Of a stretch of 26,842 nt of DNA, positions 8,752 through 16,917 are shown one piece after another. Every line of letters starts with the position of its first letter. The first letter of the stretch is position 1. The notes below the pieces were generated by a model. The model worked only from the letters and a program-made list of their open reading frames with translations. It did no database searches and was not told the origin of the DNA. The stretch is from contig CAZHPN010000061.1 of assembly GCA_964534375.1 (NCBI GenBank), forward strand, positions 1 to 26,842, in the 5' to 3' direction. The stretch is from an uncultured bacterium (GTDB lineage: Bacteria; Lernaellota; Lernaellaia; Lernaellales; Lernaellaceae). A program made the position numbers and the translations under genes.

Positions 8752-9024
8752 CACACCCCTCCGCGAAACGCGAAGTCAATGCGGCGCACTTCGTCGGCGA
8801 ATTTCGCATTCGCCCACCGCGCCGCAAAGCAACGCCGGCGACGTGGCGTCCGGTCCCGCCGCGTCAGCCGCAACGAGAAGGCAAGCGCCTTCGTCGCTGT
8901 CAACAACGTTCACGCCCGGCAGCCGATAACAACACCCGGCGACCGAGCGGCGCGCAATCAAAGTATAGCCGCTCTCACCGACTTTTGCCACCCGCCGTGG
9001 CAGTCTCCCACGTAGATTGCTGTC

Positions 9025-9053
9025 ATTACAAAACAGCCTCACCTCATTGTCAA
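9025..9053 (-). promoter_or_regulatory. Near-consensus sigma70 promoter
   Basis: TTGACA-17 nt-TGTAAT on the minus strand, with an A/T tract (9067-9074) at the UP-element position. Confidence 0.7.
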
Positions 9054-9227
9054 GCAGCATCTCGGCAAAAAAAACTCCACGTTTTCTGGCTGATAGCGCG
9101 TTCGCCGCGCGTGCCGCGGATCTTCTGCGCACATCGCGCACCTGTGCTATTTGTTGCGCGAATTTCCGGTGCGGCGAGCCCGCGCGGCGATGCCGGCTTG
9201 GTGAACGGGCAGCCGCGGCGCGATCTC

Positions 9228-9653
9228 TCAGGCCTGGTCGCCGCCGGCGTATTTCCCGGATTCGTCGTAGCGTTTGCCGTCGACGGTCTGGCCCGCGTAC
9301 TTGCCGGCGGCGTCGTAGTGTTTGCCGTCTTCCGTGGTCTTGCCGGCGTAGGCGCCGGCGGCGTCGTACTGTTTGCCGTCGGCGGTCGTCTTTCCCGCAT
9401 AGTTTCCGGCGGCGTCGAACGACTTCCCATCCGCGGTTGTCGTGCCGCTGAAGTTGCCGGCGCTGTCGAAATGTTTCGCCTTCTTGCGCTCTTCCACCCG
9501 CCGGACAACGTACGGCGACGGTTCGAGCGTGTTGCGCGAGAAAATCGACTGGAAATCGCCCGGCAGCAGCGACAGAAAAAACCAAATGAAAAACAGAACC
9601 ATATACCCGCAGATGGCGCCCACGGGCGTCAGCGCGATCAAAATCGCCAGCAC
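9228..9653 (-). CDS. Membrane-anchored protein with 17-aa YDAAGxYAGKTTxDGK repeats (141 aa)
   Basis: Hydrophobic N-terminal segment and 4.5 clean amino-acid repeats in this frame. The start codon is uncertain. Confidence 0.8.
   Translation of the reverse strand: MLAILIALTPVGAICGYMVLFFIWFFLSLLPGDFQSIFSRNTLEPSPYVVRRVEERKKAKHFDSAGNFSGTTTADGKSFDAAGNYAGKTTADGKQYDAAGAYAGKTTEDGKHYDAAGKYAGQTVDGKRYDESGKYAGGDQA
9243..9473 (-). repeat. About 51-bp coding tandem repeat, 4.5 units
   Basis: HFDSAGNFSGTTTADGK / SFDAAGNYAGKTTADGK / QYDAAGAYAGKTTEDGK / HYDAAGKYAGQTVDGK / RYDESGKYAG. Confidence 0.9.
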
Positions 9654-9706
9654 GCAATAGGCAACGTTGCACCCAACATTTCCCCTCGCCGCTGCGGAAA
9701 CGAGCG

Positions 9707-9730
9707 AAAAAAACGCGAAGGCGCTCTTTT
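9707..9730 (-). terminator. Short intrinsic terminator after the DUF1566 remnant
   Basis: AAAAGAGCGC-cttc-GCGTTTTTTT starting at the TAA stop. Confidence 0.5.
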
Positions 9731-10052
9731 ATCGGCGAACACAACGGACAGCGTGTTCGTCTTTGACGTTGGGGTTGAAGACGCGGCCGTTATAGAAATT
9801 GATGTGCCACGCCTGGGCGCCGTCGTCCGCGACAGCCGAGGCCGACCAGCACCAGCTTATCTTTCCGGAAAATGATAGATCGTTCGGCCAATACACGCCG
9901 CCCGGACCGGGGCCGCCTTTTTCGGCACAACCTCGGCACGGCTTTTTCCAGCAAACGCGATTCAAGCACACGTCCGTCACCATGCAGGAACCGCCTTTCT
10001 GCGTGACCGGACAGCCAAGAATCAAACTGCGAAGCTCGGAGATCGTCGGCAA
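9729..10052 (-). pseudogene. 5'-truncated Cys-rich DUF1566 gene
   Basis: LPTISELRSLILGC...GGPGPGGVYWP...WSASAVAD...AWHINFYNG...VRCVRR*. Homology begins abruptly inside the WRLPT motif, with no signal peptide or RBS-supported start upstream. Confidence 0.8.
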
Positions 10053-10096
10053 GATGCGTGTCGGGAATTTCGGTTGCGCCGGATCCGCGCAAACGG

Positions 10097-10126
10097 TTGA
10101 CGCCCGCGGCGGGCCGATGGTAAGTT
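10097..10126 (+). promoter_or_regulatory. Putative sigma70 promoter for TPR-CHAT gene 1
   Basis: TTGACG-18 nt-TAAGTT with an extended -10 TG; GGGGGGAG RBS at 10191-10198. Confidence 0.55.
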
Positions 10127-10200
10127 TCGCGACGCCATCAACTAGAGTTTCTGCATCGTTGCGCAACCGGCAATAACCTTCGACGCCTTCGGGGGGAGCT

Positions 10201-13200
10201 ATGCGACTGTGGAAATGCGGCGTGGCTTTGGTTGTTTTGGCGCTCGCGGCGGCGTGCGGCGCGGGGTGCGACGTCATGACTCGGCACGTGGTGGGCACGG
10301 CGCCGTACAGCGACCCGGCGCCGATCAAGGTGCTGGTCATCCACGACAGCAACAAGGGCAAGGGCTTCAAGGACGAACATATCGTCGACGCCGGCGCCGG
10401 TTTGGATGTGCGTTTTTCGGGCAATTGGATGACGCACCCGGCGTATGCCGACTACGACTACGTGGTCATCGCCCGGGCCGAACAGAACACCGGCTGGGGG
10501 TCGTTCATGGGGTTCTGCGGCGCCGCGTTCAGCATTATCACCGTGACCGTTCTGCCGGGCCTGACCGAAGCGGGCGCCGCCACCTGGATCGGCGAAGTGC
10601 ACCGCGCCACCCCCGATTTCCCAATCGTGGGCAATGCGCAGATCAAGTTGAAACACACGGCCGTGCTGTGGATGTTCATGGTGCTGGGCGATCGTCGATA
10701 CGATGTCGGCGCGGTGCAGAGCATGGTGGTGGCCGATCTCCGCAGCCACCCGCGGCCTGTGGCGCAGCGCGCCGAACCCGCCGCGGTCGACCAGCGCCAG
10801 CCGGAGGCGGCCGCGGGAACGACGACCCGCAGCCCGGGCGAGCAATACGCCGATCTCGCCCGGAAACTGGAAGCCGAAGGCCGCTACCCCGAGGCGGTCT
10901 CGCCGCTGGCGAAGGCGGTGGAATATTACACGCAGGCGGCCGGCGCGCAGTCGAAAGAGGTCGGCGTCGCCCGTATGGATCTGGGAACCGAAAACCTGCT
11001 GGCCGGGCAACTGGCGCCGGCGACGACGGAATTGCTGGCGGCCGGCGCCGCGCTGGCGGCGACCGCCGGCGAAAACAGCGACGAAATGGCCAAGTGGCAT
11101 CAGCGGCAGGGCCGCCTGAATTTCGCGCTGGGGCGTTATGCCGACGCCGGGGCCGACTATCAAAAGGCGCTGGCGATTCGCGAGTCGTTGCGCGGAAACG
11201 AGAACGAGCGCGAAAAGGGCGCGACGGTCCTCGAACAAGCGCGGCTGGCGATCGCGCAGGCGCGTTATGCCGAGGCGCAAAAGGCGCTGGACCGCAGCGG
11301 CGAACTGCTTCGCCGCCACTGCGACGGGAACCATCCGCTCGCGATCCAGCAGCGCGAGATGTCGAGCCTGCTCGCGTTCGCCCAGGGCAACTACCCTGCG
11401 GCGGAAAAGAGCCTCAAGGAACTGCTCGACAAGACGCGCCAGGCGCTGGGGCCGAACCACCCCGAGGCGTCGCGCCAGCTCAACGACCTGGCCGCCGTCT
11501 ATCTGGCGCGCAATCAGCCCGAGACGGCGCGGCCGTTGCTCGATCTCGCGTTGCAGAATCAGAAGCAACTGCTGGGCGACGCGCATCCGGATGTGGCGAT
11601 CACGGACGCGAATCTTGCGCAGTGCAATCGCGAGGCGGCGAGGTACGCCGACGCGGCGGCCGGGTTCGACCAGGCGTTGGCGCTGCAGGCGCGGGCGCTG
11701 GGCGACCATCATCCGGCCTACGGCGAAACGCTGGACCGCCGGGCCCGCCTGCTGCTGGCGATGGGCGATTTCTCGCAAGCCGGCGAAGCGGGCCGCGCGG
11801 CGCAGGGCGTGATTCGGGGCGTCTTCCCGGTCAATCATCCGTGGGCCGCGGCGAATCTCGTCACCCTGGCGTTGGTCGATCACAAAATGGGCCGCTTCAC
11901 CGACGCCGAAACGAAATTCCAGGAAGCGCTGGCGGCGTGGCAGGGCCTCGACTGGACCAATGCCGACGTGCCGCAGCGGCATCCGCAGATCGCCAACGTG
12001 CGCCACCTCCTGGCGAACCTCTACGCCGAGTGGGGCCGCTACGCCGACGCCGAACGGCTGCTCAACCTCGCGCTGGCCATGGAACGCGGCTACGCCGGCG
12101 AACGCAGCCTGCCGGTCGTGGCGACGCTGACCACGCTGGCCCGCGTCGACGCCGCCGCGGGCGAGTTCCCGAAAGCGCGCGCCGCTCTGGACGAGGTGGC
12201 GCAGATCCAGCCCGAGGCGTTGAAGGAACGGACGCCCGAAACGGCCGCCGCGCTGGCCGGCGTGGCCGAAGCCAACGCCGCGGTCGGCGATTACGCCCGC
12301 GCCACGCAGAACCTCGGCGAGGCCGCCGCGATCCAACGCGAGACGCTCGGGGCGCAAAGCCCGGCGGTGGCCGCCACACTGACGCAATTGGCGAAGGTCA
12401 ACATGGCCGCCGGCGACTACGCGCAGGCCGAAACCAACCTGGCCAGCGCGGCGAGCATCCAGCAAAACGAGCCGGCCAACCCGCAAGCGGCGCAGACCCA
12501 GCAGGAACTGGCGGCGCTTTACACCGTCACGGGCCAGTACGCGGAAGCCGGCAAGATCTACGCGAAACAGGCGGATGCGGCCCAGCAGGTTTTCGGAAAA
12601 CAGAGCGTCGAATACTCGCAGGCGCTGCTCGACGAAGGCGAGTTCTACGGCCAGACCTACCAATTCGACGCGGCGGGCAAGGCGCTGGCGCAGTCGGTCG
12701 AGATTCAACGCAAGCGCCTGCCGCCCGACCACCCGGCGCTCGCCGACGCGACGCGCCAACTGGCGCAGAACTTCGAGGCGGTCGGCGACCAGGCGCAGGC
12801 CGAACAACTGTACGCGCGCGCCCTGGAAATGCAGAAAAAGACGCTGGGGGCCGACCACCCACGCACCATCGCGACCTACGCCGATCTCGGCCTGCACTAT
12901 GCCAGCCTCGGCGACTTCAAACGCGCGGAGGAGAGCCTCGCCGCGGCGTTGGCGGCCGCGGAACGGCGCGATCAATCGGCGCCCGGGGTCAGCCCGGCGA
13001 CGGCCGACCTCAAAGACGACTTGGGCCTGGTCCAGTTCTATCGTGGCGATCTCGACGGGGCGGCGAAGCTGTTGACCGAGGCCGCCGAGGCCCGCGCGAA
13101 GCTGTTCGGCCAGGACCACCCGCTGACGGCCGCGTCGCTCGACCATCTCGGAATGCTCGCCCTGGCGCGCGGCGACACGGACGGCGCCCGCCGGCAGTTC

Positions 13201-15039
13201 GAGAGCGCGCTGCAAACGCGCCAGAAGCTGCTGGGCGAGGAGCATCCGGACACGATCGAGGCCCACGATCATCTCGGCGGGCTGTACTGGCGACTCGGAG
13301 ACCGCGCCCACGCGAAGGCCGAGTTCGACCTCGCCTTCGCCAACCTCAAGAAGCACGTGCTGAAGAACCTGGAGTGCGGCCTGACCGGCGAAGGCCTCAA
13401 GTTCCTCGCGCTGGTGCGGCCGCAGCTCGACCGGCAGATTTCGTTCTTTCTGAGCGGCGACGATGCGGCGGCGGCGTACGCCCGCGCGGCGTTCGCCAAG
13501 GGACTGCACTTCGACGCCGCGATCGCCGCCCGCGAGGCCAACGCGCTGCTGGGCGAACCGGCCGTGCGCGATTTGCTCGTGCGCTACCGCAGCGCCGTGA
13601 ACGTGCAGAGCAAGCTCTTCAACCAACTCGTGCGCGAGCCGGACGCGGCCCGCCGCCAAACCCTCAACGAGTATCTGAAGGGTTGGACGGAAAACGTCGT
13701 CGCGCTCGACCGCGAGCTGGCGGCGAAGAGCAACCGCTACGTCCGCAACAAGGCGGCGCTCGACCTGACGACCGCCGCCGTGCAACGCGCGCTGCCGCCC
13801 GACGCCGCCCTGGTCGACATCTACCGCTATGCGCCGTCAGCGCCGGGGCGCAACGCTGCGGCCGGGGAAAACGCGGACGAGTATCTCTTCTTCGTGGTGG
13901 ACAAAAAGGGCGTGGCGGCGGCAGCGCAGCCGGCGCAGAACGTCGGCCGGCTGGTCGAACGGGTCTATGCGGAATTCCAATCCGACCGCGCGGCGGCGGC
14001 GCTGGCCGGCGGGGCCGGCGGGGCGGCGGCGGAGCAGGAATACAAGAACGCGGCGCGGGCGCTGTACGCGAGCGTGCTGGCGCCGTACCGCGACAAGTTG
14101 CGCGCCGGGCAGCTCGTGCTGGTCAGCGCCGACTCGACGCTGGCGACGATTCCGTTCGAGGCGCTCGCGGACGACCGGGGCGAGTACCTGGTGGGCCAGT
14201 ACGTGTTCGGCTACGAAGCGTCGGCGCGCGAATTCGTGCGCGTGGTCGGCCGCGCGACGGCGGGGCGCGGCGCGCTGCTGGTCGGCGATCCGAATTTCGG
14301 CGAGCCGCCGCCGGCCGACGCGAAGGCCGCGGCCAACCCGTTGCAGTTCGGCCGCCTGGAACAGACGGGGCTCGAGGTGCAACAGGTCGCGCCGAGTTTC
14401 GGGGCGGACAACGAAATACTGCTGGGCGCGGCGGCCCAGGAGGCGCGGGTGAAAAGCCAGGCGCCCGGCCGCCGGTTCCTGTACTTCGCCACGCACGGCT
14501 ATGTGCTGACGCGCGAGGCGGCGGCGCCGGCCACGGGCGCCGCGGTGCGCGGCATCGGGCTGGCCGGCCAGTTGGTCCACGGCGTGCCGCTGGCGCAGGT
14601 TGTGGCGAACCCGCTCGATCTGTGCGGCCTGGCCCTGGCCGACGCGAACCTGCCCAAGCCGGCGGACGGCGCCGGCGACGACGGCCTGCTGACGGGTCTG
14701 AAGGTGACGGGCCTGAATCTCGACAGCGTTTCCTGCGCCGTGTTGTCGGCGTGCCAGACCGGGTTCGGCCACGTGCGCGAGGCGCAGGGCCTGGTCGGAT
14801 TGCGCTACGCCTTCACGCTGGCCGGGGCCGCGTCGGTGCTGGGCAGCGCGTGGTCCGTGCCCGACCTGGAAACGCGCGAACTGCTGCAGATCTGGACGCC
14901 GCGGGTCGTCGCCGGCGAACCGGCCGGCAAGGCGCTGCAAGCCGCCAAGCTGGCGGAGATCGAGGCCGTCCGCGCCCGCTATCAGCACACGCACCCGCTG
15001 TTCTGGGGCGCGTTCACGGCCTCGGGCAAGGTCTGGTAG
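10201..15039 (+). CDS. Exported (probable lipoprotein) TPR-CHAT protease (1612 aa)
   Basis: Signal peptide with lipobox-like LAAAC/GAGC; long array of ~42-aa TPRs (LGxxHP...LA..Y...G.Y..A); CHAT motifs LATIPFEAL, LVGDPNF, YFATHG (His), DDGLLT, VLSACQTG (Cys), WSVPD, HPLFWGAF. Confidence 0.95.
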   Translation: MRLWKCGVALVVLALAAACGAGCDVMTRHVVGTAPYSDPAPIKVLVIHDSNKGKGFKDEHIVDAGAGLDVRFSGNWMTHPAYADYDYVVIARAEQNTGWGSFMGFCGAAFSIITVTVLPGLTEAGAATWIGEVHRATPDFPIVGNAQIKLKHTAVLWMFMVLGDRRYDVGAVQSMVVADLRSHPRPVAQRAEPAAVDQRQPEAAAGTTTRSPGEQYADLARKLEAEGRYPEAVSPLAKAVEYYTQAAGAQSKEVGVARMDLGTENLLAGQLAPATTELLAAGAALAATAGENSDEMAKWHQRQGRLNFALGRYADAGADYQKALAIRESLRGNENEREKGATVLEQARLAIAQARYAEAQKALDRSGELLRRHCDGNHPLAIQQREMSSLLAFAQGNYPAAEKSLKELLDKTRQALGPNHPEASRQLNDLAAVYLARNQPETARPLLDLALQNQKQLLGDAHPDVAITDANLAQCNREAARYADAAAGFDQALALQARALGDHHPAYGETLDRRARLLLAMGDFSQAGEAGRAAQGVIRGVFPVNHPWAAANLVTLALVDHKMGRFTDAETKFQEALAAWQGLDWTNADVPQRHPQIANVRHLLANLYAEWGRYADAERLLNLALAMERGYAGERSLPVVATLTTLARVDAAAGEFPKARAALDEVAQIQPEALKERTPETAAALAGVAEANAAVGDYARATQNLGEAAAIQRETLGAQSPAVAATLTQLAKVNMAAGDYAQAETNLASAASIQQNEPANPQAAQTQQELAALYTVTGQYAEAGKIYAKQADAAQQVFGKQSVEYSQALLDEGEFYGQTYQFDAAGKALAQSVEIQRKRLPPDHPALADATRQLAQNFEAVGDQAQAEQLYARALEMQKKTLGADHPRTIATYADLGLHYASLGDFKRAEESLAAALAAAERRDQSAPGVSPATADLKDDLGLVQFYRGDLDGAAKLLTEAAEARAKLFGQDHPLTAASLDHLGMLALARGDTDGARRQFESALQTRQKLLGEEHPDTIEAHDHLGGLYWRLGDRAHAKAEFDLAFANLKKHVLKNLECGLTGEGLKFLALVRPQLDRQISFFLSGDDAAAAYARAAFAKGLHFDAAIAAREANALLGEPAVRDLLVRYRSAVNVQSKLFNQLVREPDAARRQTLNEYLKGWTENVVALDRELAAKSNRYVRNKAALDLTTAAVQRALPPDAALVDIYRYAPSAPGRNAAAGENADEYLFFVVDKKGVAAAAQPAQNVGRLVERVYAEFQSDRAAAALAGGAGGAAAEQEYKNAARALYASVLAPYRDKLRAGQLVLVSADSTLATIPFEALADDRGEYLVGQYVFGYEASAREFVRVVGRATAGRGALLVGDPNFGEPPPADAKAAANPLQFGRLEQTGLEVQQVAPSFGADNEILLGAAAQEARVKSQAPGRRFLYFATHGYVLTREAAAPATGAAVRGIGLAGQLVHGVPLAQVVANPLDLCGLALADANLPKPADGAGDDGLLTGLKVTGLNLDSVSCAVLSACQTGFGHVREAQGLVGLRYAFTLAGAASVLGSAWSVPDLETRELLQIWTPRVVAGEPAGKALQAAKLAEIEAVRARYQHTHPLFWGAFTASGKVW

Positions 15040-15061
15040 CGGCGCCGCGGCTCGCCGTCGG

Positions 15062-16657
15062 TTACGGCATCGTGGTGACGGTCACGCGGGTTTCGGCCAC
15101 GGGCGCCGCCGCGGACGGGTTGGCCAGGCCGATGCCGCGCATCTTGGGCAACGCGACGGCGAGGTCCTCGGCGAGCACCTCGTAGGGCACGCCGTCGATC
15201 GTTTGCGGCGCGGTCCGGACGGCGGGCAGGGGCGTTGTCGAGGCGAGCACCTGCAGCACCTCGGCCCCGAACGGCGGCATGACCTCGTAGTCCTGCGGCA
15301 GTTCGACCACCTTGTTGACCTTGCTGGCGTCGATGAAATAGTCGTAGCCGTCCCGCCCGACGATGGACACCAGCACGCGCTGCTTCGTGGCCAGATGATA
15401 GACGAGCCGGATATGGGCCGGCTGGTTCACGCGGACCAGGATTTTGTACGTCGCGCCGCGCCGCAGCGCCAGGTTGCGGTCGCCGCGGGTCGTCCACGCC
15501 TGCACGGCGAGGCCGCCGCTGACGATGTCGCCCCGGCCGAAGACCTTTTGGTCGGCCATCGCCTCGACCGCGTTCGCCGGTTTGAGCGCGAGCCCTTCCT
15601 GCGCGACGACCGCCGCGGCGATCGCCGAATCGGCCGTGCCCAGCCGGTCGCCGGTGGCCGGGTCGACGGCGTAGGCGAACACGCGGATCTCGTCGCCTTT
15701 GTCCTGGTAGCTGCCCGTCACGGCCAGCGCGCCGGCGGCCGGATGGCCGGCGTCGCTCGATCGCAGGCGCATGCCGTCCGCCGCGGTCGCGCCGACCTTT
15801 TCGCCGGCGAGCTTGGCCGCCATCGCCGTCGCGAGGAAACGCGAGAATTCGGAGGTGAAATCGGTGTCCCGATAGGTGAAGGGCGCGACGACGACGCGTC
15901 GCGCTCCGACCTGCGCCGCCAGGCGGTGGGCCAGAATCGCGGCGAGGGCGTCGACCGACTCGCAGCGCCGCGCCAGCAGCCGTTCGATCGCGGCGGTGAC
16001 GGCGGCGCGGTCGACCGCCGGGCCTTCCTCTGTATCGGACCGCGCGCCGCCGACGACCAGCAGCACGGCCTCCGCTTCTTCCAACTCGGCGAAATGCGGA
16101 TAGGCGGATTCGTAAATCTTCGCGGCCTGCGCCGCATCGCCCCGGCTTTCGGCGTCCTTCGCCGAGGCCGTCAGCCCGGCGATCGCCCGGCGGAGTTGCG
16201 CCGCGCGCCCGGCGTAGGTGCGGGCCGCCTCGCGGACATTCATCACGGCCAGCGCGTGGACGGTCGCCGCGCGGCGATCGTCATAGCGTTCGACCTTCAC
16301 ACCCAGCAATTTCAGCGTCGAGAAGGCGCTGACGCTGGAGCGCACGTATTGGGTGTCTTGGCCGTTGCGGTTCTGCTCTTCGGAATCCAACACCGCATTG
16401 ACGCGCGTTTCGAAAATGCCGGCCAGGGCGGCGCGGGCGGCCGCTTCCGCGGCGGGCGCGGCTTTTTCGAGGTCGGCGTCCTTCGAGCAGCCGTAGCCGG
16501 TGAGAAATTGCGCCGCGGGATACTTCGCGGACTTGCCGGCGCCGGCGGCCCAGTCCGGTTGGTCCTCGCACCACGCGGGCACGACGCCGGCGAGCAGGAG
16601 CGCGAGACCGGCCAGCGCGGCGCGCGCCGCGAACCGCCAAGAGGGAAGGTGGTTCAT
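15062..16657 (-). CDS. Secreted LPP20-like / FlgO-like / DUF4384-like protein (531 aa)
   Basis: Signal peptide; QPDW...YP...FLTGYG...ARAALAGIFETRV (LPP20-like); VVVAPFTY...SEFSRFLA...VTGSY (FlgO/CsgG-like); VQAWT...YKILVRVNQPAHIRL...PPFGAEVLQVLAS (DUF4384-like). Start reassigned to ATG 16657 with GAAAGG RBS. Confidence 0.85.
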   Translation of the reverse strand: MNHLPSWRFAARAALAGLALLLAGVVPAWCEDQPDWAAGAGKSAKYPAAQFLTGYGCSKDADLEKAAPAAEAAARAALAGIFETRVNAVLDSEEQNRNGQDTQYVRSSVSAFSTLKLLGVKVERYDDRRAATVHALAVMNVREAARTYAGRAAQLRRAIAGLTASAKDAESRGDAAQAAKIYESAYPHFAELEEAEAVLLVVGGARSDTEEGPAVDRAAVTAAIERLLARRCESVDALAAILAHRLAAQVGARRVVVAPFTYRDTDFTSEFSRFLATAMAAKLAGEKVGATAADGMRLRSSDAGHPAAGALAVTGSYQDKGDEIRVFAYAVDPATGDRLGTADSAIAAAVVAQEGLALKPANAVEAMADQKVFGRGDIVSGGLAVQAWTTRGDRNLALRRGATYKILVRVNQPAHIRLVYHLATKQRVLVSIVGRDGYDYFIDASKVNKVVELPQDYEVMPPFGAEVLQVLASTTPLPAVRTAPQTIDGVPYEVLAEDLAVALPKMRGIGLANPSAAAPVAETRVTVTTMP

Positions 16658-16687
16658 TGGATTGCCTTTCCGAAAAGGTTGATGTCG

Positions 16688-16869
16688 CCGCAAAGACGCA
16701 AAGAGCGCAAAGGGATGAAGAAATAAGCCGCGAAGGCGCGCGAATGCAGGCGAATAGAATCGGACAAATGTTCATTAGGATTCACTGACGTTCATTCCTG
16801 GTCAAACCCATTCATTCGATTCCTGTTCCGGCCGGCCGTATTCGCGTGCATTCGCGTGCATTCGCGGTT
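16688..16869. repeat. REP/MITE-like element with imperfect inverted arms
   Basis: CCGCAAAGACGCAAAGAGCGCAAAG, then left arm AGCCGCGAAGGCGCGCGAATGCAGGCGAATA (16726-16756), complementary to right arm TATTCGCGTGCATTCGCGTGCATTCGCGGTT (16839-16869). A second copy lies at about 21223-21399. Confidence 0.75.
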
Positions 16870-16917
16870 AGCCCCAATCATTCAATTCCTGTTCCTGCCG
16901 CTCTTGGCGGTCGCGTC

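Noticed and set aside
8960..8995. c-di-GMP-I riboswitch-like GGCAAA...GAGA hairpin upstream of the EAL-like gene
   Set aside because: Lacks the GACGCAAAGC junction and the second stem of the GEMM motif. Kept only as part of an unclassified leader.
9243..9473. RHS/YD-repeat toxin
   Set aside because: Only 4.5 short 17-aa units, with no RHS core (DPxG) or toxin domain.
9729..10424. 231-aa ORF as an intact gene
   Set aside because: Its N-terminal half is antisense to CHAT1 and its promoter; only 9729-10052 has DUF1566 homology.
10209..15185. 1658-aa +strand alternative-frame ORF and the 1215-aa antisense ORF (10138..13785)
   Set aside because: Arg/Gly/Ala-rich shadows of the high-GC3 TPR-CHAT gene with no domain motifs. 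The same applies to the other long overlapping ORFs (566..2020, 3094..4728, 5995..7968, 15203..16726, 21350..22807).
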